Positions 10,630-22,560 are shown, counted from the first letter of the stretch. The stretch: DNA of 30,769 bases from Octopus sinensis (GCF_006345805.1 NW_021832891.1:1-30769); one strand, 5' to 3'. Numbers and translations: made by a program. The notes: generated from the letters alone by a model not told the origin.

Positions 10630-11225
10630 CGAATGCGACACTAGAAGCAACAACATTCCTGATAAAAGAACAGGCGATTGCCACGTGACGAATAACTGCA
10701 ATTCCTGCAATATGTATGGAAAACGTCGCCTGTGTGCAGCATTTTCTGGGACAATACACTGTATTTTATCAGGATGTTCTATAGTAAATCCGGCAAAATA
10801 CACTTGGAGACAATAACATACCAAATTTAGCCTATATTTGCTTGACCACCCAATTTCATTTCTGAGAAAAAGCCCTCTGGCATTCATATGAAGTTTCACA
10901 CGGCTTTAAAAATAGTGATGTGATAACACAAGGCAAGCTTAACCTAAAGAGAGACCGCCATGTAACCCATAATATACTGAACATCATTTTCTATGGGAAA
11001 ATGAGAATAGTGAACAAACTATGGATATAGCAATACTAAAGGACAGCAATGTTGGGTAGGAAAGAGTTGAGAAGCTGAGAAATTACACTGTCTAATCTGC
11101 TGAATTTAAAATATGGTGTTTGGATAATGTGTCAATTATTCCATTGGGACAAGCATTAGAATATTCCAGAAAGTGGTGATGCTAAGAGCTGTAAATGTTG
11201 GTAGGAACTTCTCAAACAATGGTTT
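10630..11225 (+). mobile_element. Heavily decayed R4-type LINE 3' region (zinc knuckle and RLE)
   Basis: LIKEQAIAT, RRLCAAFSGTIHCILSGCSIVNPAKYTWRQ (CCHC-like), DIAILKDSNV..EKL (RLE-like), with many stops. Confidence 0.6.
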
Positions 11226-11351
11226 TTAACACTTAAACATTTTTGTCACTGTTTTCCAAGATGAACCCTCATTATTTGAGCAGATAGGAAAACCTTGATG
11301 CATTTCCTAAACCAATAATAATAATAAGAAGAATAAGAATAATAATAATAA

Positions 11352-11540
11352 TCCCTAAAGACTTGAATAGACGGATAGAGGAAATAGGCATAAAACCTAA
11401 ATTAGCCTTGTGTAGTTCCAGAAAACAGTGCTATTAGGGGCAGCTAGGATACTTAGGAAGGTACTTGGCATCTAAGATTACTTGCTTGTTAGGAATTTTT
11501 TTTTCCAACAATCTAATCTGTTGTGCGTATATGAAATGAT
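11352..11540 (+). mobile_element. Dong-like LINE extreme 3' fragment between (AAT)n runs
   Basis: IPKDLNRRIEEIGIKPKL.../FQKTVLLGAARILRKVLGI*. (AAT)n lies upstream (about 11313-11351) and GATAATAATAAC downstream. Confidence 0.75.
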
Positions 11541-12319
11541 AATAATAACATTAATATTAATAAATCGATCCCAGTATGTGCAACTGACATATGATTATTA
11601 CACATAAAATATTGCTTGAATAATACACAATACAAACGAATGTAAAAAAAAAAACAAATGAACTCTCGAGACAAACAAAATGAAACGAGCATAAAAACGA
11701 ACGTTATTTAATAAATAAACCATGTCCATTAATAAGTCGAACAGCATGAAAAGTACGACCGGTTCGTCAGAATGAATAAGGAATTTCGTAACGTGAGTTT
11801 AGTGCGAGCACGATATGGAAATATGTAGTGATTCGGAAACAGAGTCTTCTCAAAGGGTTAACTCCGAAAAGGTTAACTACGAGCGTGGAAAATTCGAAAA
11901 AGAGGGAAAAAAAAACAATTAGAAGGGAACATTCAGCCAATGAACACTACATCAAAGTGTTAAACATCCGCTGTACATCACTATTATATCCAATACATAC
12001 AAGCACTGTAAACAAAAGTATGAGTTGTGGACAATAAAAACTGAAGAAGCGAGGAAAAAATTATAAATGCGTAAACACTTGCGAATGTACGGAGATTTTT
12101 AAATAAAAAAAAATAAGATCCCCAAAATTGTGTTGTACATACTCACTCTACACAACAAACAGACGAAACGCTTAAAACAAATGTCGTAACGATGCCAATT
12201 TGACGTGGTACATACACACGTCATTCTAAATGGTCAAAACACAATGCTGCACATACATCTCAGGAACACGGAAGTGCAGCTGATAGTGCAGCAGAAACTC
12301 ACTTAAAACCACTGGAATC

Positions 12320-12400
12320 AAAACAAAAACAACAACAACAACACAACAACAACAACAACAACATTAACAACAACAACAATAATAATAATAATAATAATGC
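12320..12400. repeat. (AAC)n/(AAT)n microsatellite
   Basis: Direct. Confidence 0.9.
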
Positions 12401-12582
12401 TTCCACGACGTAATTTCATCTGGCATAACATTGCGTATTCGGGATGAAAAAAACGTTCGAGGAAAACTCGAACGATTCATCCATCTTTGTAATAACTAAT
12501 AACAGATGTCAGAGGATCAAGACTGCTTTCTCTTTCATTCCATGCTTTCTATTCCTCTCCCTCTATCCCTTCCTCCTTCTTT

Positions 12583-12632
<50 letters not shown>

Positions 12633-12805
12633 TCTCTCACCCACTCCAACCCACCCTGCTCTCCGCTATATATATTCAACTTTTTTTTTATTTGTCAGTT
12701 GATCGTTGACTCATTCTGTTCACTATATTACATACATGCACGCAGATTCATAGATGCATACATATATATATGTGCGTGTGCATGTGTATGTATACACACA
12801 TGCGT

Positions 12806-12849
<44 letters not shown>

Positions 12850-12919
12850 ATATGTAAGGATTGAATATGATAAATCTCTTTTTTCTACCTCACAACAAAT
12901 ATATATATAAAGTTATTAA

Positions 12920-13070
12920 GAAACCTCCATTGTTCAGAAACTGCGTGAGACAATCATAGAGCGCAAGAGACGGGGTCAGTTTTGTAAAGGTGTTGGATTC
13001 AAGACCTACACCGCATCTCGCCAACAAGAACTCATAGGTCAATGTAGACTTGGAGCAAAACGTCGAGATG
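12920..13070 (+). mobile_element. Possible decayed mariner transposase fragment
   Basis: IVQKLRETIIERKRRGQFCKGV, then a shifted QD...PHLANK. This resembles the mariner motif LxxLRxAIKxKRRGxLxKGVLxxQDNAxPH. No TIRs found. Confidence 0.35.
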
Positions 13071-13361
13071 GTTACGGCTGTAAAGCCTTTGCTCATAGGT
13101 CAGTTTGGTCATGCTAAAGCCAGGGACGAAGACTACCACCACCACCACCACCGCTACTACCACAACAACTCAGAACTGTGTTGTGCTGTATTGATTTCTA
13201 TTGACATTAGTATACTATATCAAATCTGTACACATGTTATGTTGTTGTGTGTGTTTATATGAATATAAATGTATGTGTAAATGCATATATTTATATACAC
13301 GTTTTATTTGTGTGTATATGTGTATCTGCATGTATATGTACTTATATATATATATATATAT

Positions 13362-13383
13362 ATGCATGTGTATGTGCACACAC

Positions 13384-13440
<57 letters not shown>

Positions 13441-13946
13441 ATATGTATGTATGTATAGACATACACAATGATAAGTGCTCACATATTTGTGCGTTTGTGC
13501 GTGTGTTTGTGTATATGTATGTGAGAGTAATGTGTTTATGTCTATGTATACATAGATATACGAATATATGAATGTAAATACACACACATACGCATTAACA
13601 TGGACATATGTGCACATACACATGCGTATACACTTATACACATACATGCACATTCAACATTAATACGTACGTAATGTAAACATATACATACATATATACT
13701 ACATACATATGTACGTACGTACATACATACTACATTCATACATATATACATATATACATGCTTGCATTCACACATCCATATATGCATGTATGCATACATA
13801 TATGCACACACATTTATGCATGCATCTTTACATCCATGCATATATGCATACTTAAATTGCATGCATACATGCGTACATACGTACGTACATACGCACACAC
13901 ACATACGTACATGCATTATTATATATATATATATGCATGTGTATGT

Positions 13947-14010
<64 letters not shown>

Positions 14011-14486
14011 ATTATGTATGTATGTATAGACATACACAATGATAAGTGCTCACATATTTGTGCGTTTGTGCGTGTGTTTGTGTATATGTATGTGAGAGTA
14101 ATGTGTTTATGTCTATGTATACATAGATATACGAATATATGAATGTAAATACACACACATACGCATTAACATGGACATATGTGCACATACACATGCGTAT
14201 ACACTTATACACATACATGCACATTCAACATTAATACGTACGTAATGTAACATATACATACATATATACTACATACATATGTACGTACGTACATACATAC
14301 TACATTCATACATATATACATATATACATGCTTGCATTCACACATCCATATATGCATGTATGCATACATATATGCACACACATTTATGCATGCATCTTTA
14401 CATCCATGCATATATGCATACTTAAATTGCATGCATACATGCGTACATACGTACGTACATACGCACACACACATACGTACATGCAT
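13362..14486. repeat. Near-identical 570-bp tandem duplication of TA/CA-derived low-complexity DNA
   Basis: Copies at 13362-13916 and 13933-14486, period 570-571 bp. Confidence 0.92.
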
Positions 14487-14785
14487 ATATATATATATAT
14501 ATATAAATATATATATACAAACATACATACGTACGTACGTACACACATACATACATACACAAATACGTACGTATATACATATTTGCATACATACACATAC
14601 ATGTGTATACGCATTACAAAGACATACATTTGTGTGTTTGCCAAGTGAAGCTGAATGTTACGTATTTTAGTGATATTGGTTAAATTGTGACTAAAACCTT
14701 TGTTGTATTTTAACATTAAACATCAACAACAACAAATATGGCGTCACTTTTTTATTTCCCTTTCGATTGTCTTCTTTGTTTAAAG

Positions 14786-14830
14786 CTATAAGAATCACTT
14801 TCTGCCTTCCATTCATGCGGACACCTTACG
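14786..14830 (+). other. Candidate 45-nt exon (unverified)
   Basis: Long pyrimidine tract ending ...ctttgtttaaag|C; donor ACG|gtgagt; length divisible by 3. Confidence 0.25.
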
Positions 14831-15755
14831 GTGAGTACCAATCCTAAATTGGGTGAGTTTAAACTAACCACAATGTCACACAAAATATACGGTTCTCTGT
14901 AAAATTGAGAAAACAGTGACTGGGGATGGGTGTAAATAAATAAACTCTCTTGCAAACGGAACTACGAGGCGGCGGTTTCAATCTCTGATTGGAACTGTTT
15001 CACATGAGGGTAAACTATAATCATTATTTTTCAGTTTAGCCAGTCGTTGTAGGAAATATCACCACCTGGCCCATGGCTATCTTTAACGAAATCCATTCTA
15101 TTGCAAGGATCTGTGCTGTCTCTGGATACCATCTTTTTTTTTTTTCAGTACCAGTGGTGGAGGCCCTAAACCAGTTATAGATGCAGTTCCTAGCGGAAAC
15201 TGGTTCAATTTCTAGATAGAAATGTGCCATCAGAAGCTTCTCAAGATTGACATCTAACAAAAGAAACAAAAACCGTAAAAGAAATTTCGGATGTTTCACT
15301 GTTTTCGGGCTGATCTTGCTGATTGGACGACCATGTCTACAGAGGTTAACTCACTCTAAGTAGACACCATAACTTACCGAACGTCAATTGGAATAGAAAA
15401 GGGAAATAAATTTCCAGTGAGTAAACGACAAAGCAACGATGTATTTCGTCTGTGTTTAGGAATGAAGTAAACTCTTTAATCTGAAGGATCCAATGTGGAT
15501 TGGCAACAATTAATACGAATGAAACATAATTAGAAATGTGTAGTTGAGGTAGGGAATGGAAATTTGGCAAAGTTTTGAGCTTTGGTCCTTTATTGAGAAA
15601 GAGGACTAAAGGAATATTTCAGTTTTAGGTAAATATTTATAAACCTCTATAACATATTGCAGGGATTTTTTTACAAACTCCAATGCCTTTAACTTAAAAA
15701 CCCACGTTGTGGCAGGTTTGCCATCTCTACGCTTCAAGTTCGGAAGACAGGGTAA

Positions 15756-15853
15756 GTGTTTAACTGGTACCCATTTTATCTACCCCGAAAGGATGACAGG
15801 CAAAGTCGACGTCGGGGGAATTTGGACTCAGAACTTAAAGTCGAGCAAAATGC
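15756..15853 (-). mobile_element. SINE family A fragment
   Basis: Reverse complement of the core (AAAGGATGACAGGCAAAGTCGAC). Confidence 0.8.
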
Positions 15854-15856
15854 ATA

Positions 15857-16087
15857 TTTCTTTACTACCCACAAGGGACTAAACACAGAGAGAACAAACA
15901 AGGACAGACAAACGGATTAAGTCGATTACATCGACCCCAGTGCGTAACTGGTACTTATTTAATCGGCTCCGAAAGGATGAAAGGCAAGGTCGACCTCGGC
16001 GGAATTTGAACTCAGAACGTAGCGGCAGACGAAATACCGCTTAGCATTTCGCCCGGCATGCTAACGTTTCTGCCAGCTCGCCGCCTT
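15857..16087 (-). mobile_element. SINE family A, full length, tail type iii
   Basis: Minus strand GGCGGCGAGCTGGCAGAAACGTTAGC...GGGGTCGATGTAATCGAC...TTGTGGGTAGTAAAGAAAT. Confidence 0.92.
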
Positions 16088-16419
16088 AGGATAAGAAAGA
16101 ATATTGATCATTGGTTGTTCATCAACATAAACCAAAATGTTGTATTCCATGACAATCCACTGGTCACGTGAATAGCGCCCATTGACCCATGTGGCCCATT
16201 GAAATTTGATTCTCACAAAATGAAATCGCAATAATCCAGGATAAACAGATAGACTTTTTTTTAGTTTTGTTTAGCTAGTAAGTAATTTTTCCAAAAAGTC
16301 TCCAAATGTTTAACTTCAGAATTCATGGAAAGTTGTCACAAGACACTTTAAAGACTGATTTTAAAGTATCCGTTTATCTAAAATATGTGTATCAAGCAGT
16401 CGACCATTTGTTAGCAAAG

Positions 16420-16562
16420 GTTGTCATCATCATCATGATCGTCATTATTGTTAACGTCATCTCCATCACAATGGTCATTATCATCATCATCATTGTCATC
16501 ATCATCATCATCGTCATCATCGTCGTCGTTGTCGTCGTCATCATCATCATCTTCGTCATCGT
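16420..16562. repeat. (CAT)n/(CGT)n microsatellite
   Basis: Direct. Confidence 0.9.
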
Positions 16563-16579
16563 GATTTCATGAGAAACGT

Positions 16580-16862
16580 TAGGGATTAAATATACCAACA
16601 CCGGTTGTCAAGCGGTGTTGAGGGAACAGACAAAGACAAGCACACACACACACATATATATATTCATGTATGTGTGTGTCTTTGTGTCTCTGTTTGTCCC
16701 CCCCAACCGATGTTGGGGTGTTTACGTTACGTTCCTGTAACTTAACGGTTCGGCAAAAAAAGACCAATAGAATAGGTACTAGGATTTTAAAAAAATAAGC
16801 CCTGGGGTCGATTTATTCGACTGAAAACCCTTCAAGGCAGTGCTCTAGTATGGCCGCAGTCA
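16580..16862. mobile_element. Two SINE family B fragments head-to-head (minus 16580-16660, plus 16665-16862)
   Basis: Both halves match the post-microsatellite half of the 219-627 element, in opposite orientations. Confidence 0.8.
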
Positions 16863-17104
16863 AGGAAGAATGTTCATATCCTTCTAAGTGTGCATATGTC
16901 TGCATGTATGCGAGTTTGTAAACGTACATTTTTATATCTCGTATTTATTTTTTATAACATCGTTCTTGTATACACCAGTAGATGGTGCTGTATACTGGTT
17001 ATTGTCAGCTATATAAAGTACTAGGTGGTCGAAAGGAAAGAGAATAAGAGAAAGTGGGGGGAGGAGGAGGAGGAGGAGGAGGAGGATAAAAAGGAGGAGG
17101 AGAC

Positions 17105-17250
17105 TGACGTAGACAAACCACGTGGTTCATATGAATGGTGGAAGTATTCCAAAGCTTCTGCTCTCAGGAGGATTGTTCTGGGAATAGTTCTCCATACAAA
17201 CTGAAGTTAGAAGGACTGCCTTAAATTGGCTCTGAAGAGTAATGTTCATG
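17105..17250 (+). mobile_element. Decayed RTE-type LINE ORF 3' fragment
   Basis: NHVVHMNGGSIPKLLLSG resembles the RTE/BovB motif GHVVRMxDxRIPKxLLYG. Confidence 0.5.
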
Positions 17251-17260
17251 CTTGAAAGTA

Positions 17261-17480
17261 AAGCGGTGAGCTGGCAAAATCGTTAGCATGCTGGGCAAAA
17301 ATGCTTAGTGGCATTTCGCCCGTCTTTACGTTCTGAGTTCAAATTCTGCCGAGGTCGAATTTGCCTTTCATCCTTTTGGGGATCGATAAAATAAGTATCA
17401 GTTGAACACTGGATTCGATGTAATCAATTTACCCTGCCTCCTGAAATTGCTGGCCTTGTGCTAAATTTTGAAACCAATAT
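17261..17480 (+). mobile_element. SINE family A, tail type ii
   Basis: Aligns to the other A copies; ends CTAAATTTTGAAACCAAT. Confidence 0.9.
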
Positions 17481-18486
17481 TCATGTGGAAAGTAATATAT
17501 CTATTGTATTCTATAAGTCATAAATGGGTGATATATCTTATTTTCCGGCATACAAACCGGATTTTCCAGACCAAAATTCACAATCAAAAAAGTTAGGTCG
17601 ACTTATACACCAAGACGTCTTTGGAGGGTCATAAATTCCGTTTGAAATGCAGCGAGATTTGGAAAGATAGTGAAAATGTCTGAATGTCTACATGTTTACA
17701 CTATATGCTATGTCGACTAATATGCCGGAAAATATGGTGTAATGAATGCGATCGTACATTTTGAAGGGAATCGCAACAATCTTGTAAAATTAAAACAAGT
17801 TGCAAGAAAAGAAAACTACAGAGATAGCAATATTCTTTTGCAATACTCGACCTGTGAAGGAGTTTGTTTATTTTAGAGTGGTTTACTTTGATATTCAAGG
17901 ATATATGAATCAAAAGAAGCTAATATATCTTTGCAACTTGAAAGAATATAGATCGGCAGATCCCGTTATCAATGCTGCTTTTCTATTGGTGAACGGAAAA
18001 GTTCAAGTTTGCACAAAATGCTAAATGCCATGATTCTGCATTTGATTTTGGTTCTGGTCAAAGCTGCTGCTGATGATCAACACAGCAAAAATGTCATTAA
18101 CAACAATGGCCATACTCATCATCGAGCAGACTTCAAACATGCATTTATACGGACATATACTTACATATATTTACATATACATGTGTGTGGACAGTTATTT
18201 ATTACAAGGGAGGTAATATTTCCTTCGTAATATTTGGTGGGATTAGAAATTTAAATTTGAAACTAAGAATTTATACGAAAAATGATGCATAGAATTCACT
18301 TATTCATTTCTTTTCTTCTTAGCTTCTTAGGAAGTTCTTGAAATTTCTAGTCAGTGAAAATGATGGACAGCACTATTTTATTCTTTTTGGAAATCATTGG
18401 CACGAAATAATATTACATTTATTGAAGCAATTTATGAAACGAGGTATATCTTATAGATAGAAAATAAATTATAGTTTTGAAGAAAT

Positions 18487-18595
18487 TCTTCTTCTTTTCT
18501 CCTCCTCCTCCTCCTCCTCCTCCTCATTCTTCTTCTTCTTCTTCTTCCTTCTTCTTCTTCTTCTTCTTCTTCTTCTTCTTCTTCTTCTTCTTCGT
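18487..18595. repeat. (TTC)n/(TCC)n microsatellite
   Basis: Direct. Confidence 0.95.
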
Positions 18596-19016
18596 CATAG
18601 AACGTTAGTAGTTTAACAAACGAAAGAAAGAGACAGGTTTTTGTGTAACTGTTTTCAGAAAATTTCGTCTTGTTAATCTGTTTTAAAGTAGTCAAAAATT
18701 TTAGTTTTAACTACAAATGAAATTCACAAAGCATTTTCTGCACTTATGAGTGAAAGAATCAGCCACAGAATTTTTAGCAAAATTTTTAACATTCTGCATT
18801 TGGGTTTTGCCAAGCAGACAAACAAACAATGCCATTGGGATATCAAAAAAATTCATAACTACTACAGCTGTTTCAATAACAATGAAGAGAAAATACAAAA
18901 CGTAATTGTGTTATAATAACATTAACTTTATAACATAATTATTAATGATTAACAATCATTATAATAGCCGCACTCACCAAATCGATTCCATGTTTCTATA
19001 TATGGAACAGAAACCG

Positions 19017-19222
19017 AGGCGGTGAGCTGACAGAATCGTTAACAAACTGGACGAAATACAAGCACCATTTCGTCCATCTTTACGTGCTGGGGTCGACATG
19101 GTCAACTTTGCCTTTCATCCTTTCAGAGTCGATAAAACAAGTACCAGTTGTGTACTGGTGACGATGTAATCGACCTGCATCCTTCTCTGAAACTGTTGAC
19201 CTTGTGCCAAAATTTGAAACCA
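19017..19222 (+). mobile_element. SINE family A, tail type ii, diverged
   Basis: Head GGCGGTGAGCTGACAG, core CTTTGCCTTTCATCC, ends CCAAAATTTGAAACC. Confidence 0.88.
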
Positions 19223-20125
19223 AGGTGGAAACACATAGCGGCGACTGAGTTTAATCTCTGACTTCTAATAAATGAAGATAGAATTATTTCAAGAGGAGGA
19301 GGAGGAGGAGGAGGAGCATTGTGGTTGCCCGCGCTGCTTGTCTTCTGCAACAAACTTCAGCAAAAATTCAAACACTCGCTATCTAAAGAGTAAGAAACAA
19401 CTTTATCCGCTCGGCCATTTTAATTGTTGTGTTTAACTTATTGCTCATTAAATCTAAATTATTGTTGACAATGGAGGAAATATTCAATTGCGTTTCTCAG
19501 TAGATTCCCGTTTCGCCGGAAACAGCCAATTGACTAGTCATCAAGAAGAAACAGAAAATGAAAAGATGAGTCCAGGTTTTTTCTTTTTTTTTTTTTAATC
19601 TTCTTAAATTCTCATCTGTTCGTTTATTCCAATTTCTATTGCAAATCAACCAATGACAAAATTAAAATGCTGTTCTTTTAATTATCAGGTTTAACCCGTT
19701 TAATATCGGATTTATATGACTTGAAGAAAAGAAGGCGTACTGTCTTTTCCTCCATGAAAGTAGAATTTTTCGGACAAAAATATGCAACCAAAATCTGGTA
19801 GGTAGCTTAGGCACGAAGACGATTTTCGAGGGCTAAAAATTCCTTGCGAAACGTATCAGGCTTTGGAATGAAAACAGAATTTGAAAGTTTATGCCACATA
19901 TTTCCAGTATATACTACGTCAACTTGTATTCAGGAAAATACGCTAAGCGTTTGCTATTCCAGGAGGAATAATATTGAAAAAGTAAGAGTATTTAGTGAAA
20001 TAAGAATACGGAGAGATTAGAGCACTGTGGTAGATAAAATACTGTACTCGGCTTCCGAATTCTACTAAAGTTTCAAGTTTCAACTTTTCAAAATGTAAAG
20101 GCTGAGAACCAAAGATGAAAATGGG

Positions 20126-20546
20126 TACTCTTTTACTTGTTTCAGTCATTTGACTGCGGCCATGCTGGAGCACCGCCTTTAGTCGAGCAAATCGACCCCA
20201 GGACTTATTCTTTGTAAGAATGGTACTTATTTTTTCGGTCCATTTTGCCGAACTGCTAAGTTATAGGGACGTAGACACATTAGCATCGGTTGTCAAGCGA
20301 TGTTGGGGGACAAACACAGACACACAAGCATATACACACACAAGCATATACACACACATACATATATATATATACATATATACGACGGGCTTCTTTCAGT
20401 TTCCGTCCACCAAATCCACTCACAAGGCTTTGGTTGGCCCGAGGCTATAATAGAAGACACTGGCCCAAGGTGCCACGCAGGGAAACTGAACCCGGAACCA
20501 TGTGGCTGGTAAGCAAGCTACTTACCACACAGCCGCTCCTACGCCT
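20126..20546 (-). mobile_element. SINE family B, full length
   Basis: Reverse complement of 219-627 along its whole length. Confidence 0.92.
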
Positions 20547-20569
20547 AGTTAAAAGTTTGCTTCGAAATC

Positions 20570-20695
20570 ATGTAATTCTGGGTTTGATCAAACTGCGTGG
20601 CACTTTGGGCGAGTGCCTTCTGTAACCTCAATTGACCAATACTTTGCAAGAGGAATTTGATAGGCAGAAACTGTGCAGAATCCCATCGTAGATGT
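20570..20695 (+). mobile_element. Degraded SINE family B-like 5' fragment
   Basis: CTGCGTGGCACTTTGGGCGAGTG...GACCAATACTTTG...GAAACTG matches 285-370. Confidence 0.6.
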
Positions 20696-20814
20696 ATTTA
20701 TGTGAGTAGGGGTGCATGTGCATCCGTTTGCATGTGAAGGCCCGTGGTTCGGATAAAAGTTACGACTAGGTGATTATCTAGATCCTCATTTTACAGTGTT
20801 GTAATTCTACAACA

Positions 20815-21500
20815 GCTGGTGTGGTTAACCCTGCGACGGACCCTATGATGGACTGGTGAGGGTTAACCCTACATTGGACTAGCTTGGATTAACCCAGCAA
20901 TGAACTAGCGTGGATAAAGCCCGCAATATGAGTTTCGACCTTATGAACCTGTAATCACGTGACATACCTTAACACTGTGTGTGTGCGCGCGTGTGGGGTG
21001 GTGGGGGTTAGCCCTACGATAGGCTAACGTAGATTAAACTTGTCTTGGATTGATGAGGTTATCTCTGTGATGGATTGGCATGGGTTAACCCTACGATAGA
21101 CTGGCGGAGTTAGCCTTGCTATCAACTGGCGCGGGCTAATCGTGCGACAGACTATGTGGGTTAATACTGCGATTAACTGGTGTGAATTAACCTTACGTTA
21201 GAACCGGCTGGGTTATCAATGTGATGGACTGGTGGAGCTAACCCTGCAATAAACTGACGTTGCTTAATCTTGCGATGCACCACTGTGGTTTGACCATGCG
21301 ATTGACTGACGTTGGCTGAACCTGCGATGGTCTTAGAGAAGTTAACGTTGCGATGGACTGGCCTAGTCTAACCCTGAGATTTATTCGCGTCCCGTTCAGG
21401 CGTGGAGGATTCACCTCTCAGTCACTTCGATGCCATGAAAATACCGGGATGATTTTCGGCCTAATGAACCTGTAGTCACGTGGCATACCTTAATACTGTG
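20815..21500 (+). repeat. Diverged 26-bp tandem array (consensus about GGGTTAACCCTGCGATGGACTGGCGT) in two blocks, each ending in the same 47-bp tail plus (GT)n
   Basis: 15 contiguous units of 25-26 bp at 21005-21390 and about 4 units at 20823-20930. Tails at 20933-20979 and 21454-21500 (5 mismatches). Confidence 0.88.
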
Positions 21501-21854
21501 CGTGTGTGTGTGTGTGTGTGTGATGATGGGGGTGGTGATGGTTGTTGTTGTTGTCAAGCAACGAGACGGGTAAGGGTGATTAGGTGATGGTCTAGGGTTT
21601 AGGGGGTGGGAGACCCCAGACCTTGGAAAAAAAAAGAACTTTGGTCGTCTTGTTGTAGTCGAGGGCTCTTCGTTGACGCCCCCGACACCACTGGGAGGTG
21701 GCCCTCGAAGTCGCTGGAAATGGAGATCTCCAGGTCCAAATTCTTGAACGGCTGGTCTTGGTGGTGGCGGTGGTGGTGTTAGTGTTGATGTTGTTAGTGT
21801 TTCATTTCCTTCTTATTACTTTCACAAGCATCGGTAGTATTGGTAAAAACAACA

Positions 21855-22560
21855 ATGACGGCGGCAGCAGCAGCAGCAGCGGTAGCAGCAGCAGCAGCAG
21901 CGGCAGCGGCAGCGGCAGCAGCAAGAGTATGTGTAATTACATCGGTAACTGCAATAGCAACAGCATTAGCAACAACTCAACAGTATTAGCAACAACAGCA
22001 GTATCAAAAAAAAAAGCAGTGGCAGTAACAACTATACTACTACTACTACTACTACTACTACAACCACTACCGCCATCAGCACCCTTATCCATCACCACTG
22101 CTGCCACCGCCGCCCCACCACCACCACCACTACTATAATAGCAGTAACAAAAGCAGCAAGAAGAACAAGAATAATAACAAGAATAACAACAAGAACAATA
22201 ACTGCAGGAACAGAAACATTGATAACAATAGAAACAACAACAAGAATTTGCTGAAAAGGAAAACCAAAATCCATAAAGGAAGGAAAGAGAAGAAGAGAGA
22301 AGAGAGAGAGGGGGAGGGAAAGAGAGACGGGGAGAAAGAGAGAGAATGAGAAGAAAATCGAAAGAAAAGAAGGGAAAATATCAATAGAAAATAAAGTTGT
22401 ATAGAATATGTGAGGTAGAGGTTGAGGGGGGAGGGAGGTGTAGCGATTGAGAGGTGAAGGAGGAGAAAGAAACGGAAGTGATAAGATGAGAAAAATATAG
22501 ATAGAAAGAAGAAGACAGAGAGAGAGATAGAGAGAGGGGGGTGAGAGAGAGGGGGAGTGA
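21855..22560. repeat. (CAG)n/(CTA)n/(CAC)n/(AAC)n trinucleotide complex followed by a GA-rich tract
   Basis: Direct. Confidence 0.85.

Noticed and set aside
16070-16280. Minus-strand open frame ...RIKFQWATWVNGRYSRDQWIVMEYNILVYVDEQPMINILSYP, with a GTCACGTGA E-box-like site
   Set aside because: No convincing start or splice sites and no recognised domain; a single short motif is expected by chance.
17515-17610. pogo/Tigger-like terminal motif (GTCGACTTATACAC)
   Set aside because: Too short and degenerate, with no paired TIR or transposase sequence.
21005-21390. CRISPR-like appearance of the regular 26-bp array
   Set aside because: Units are contiguous with no unique spacers, the repeats are highly divergent, there are no cas genes, and the context is eukaryotic.
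21698-22138. 146-aa ORF with a hydrophobic stretch and Ser/Gly run
   Set aside because: Built mostly from GGT/GTT, CAG and CTA trinucleotide repeats, and the start codon is GTG.
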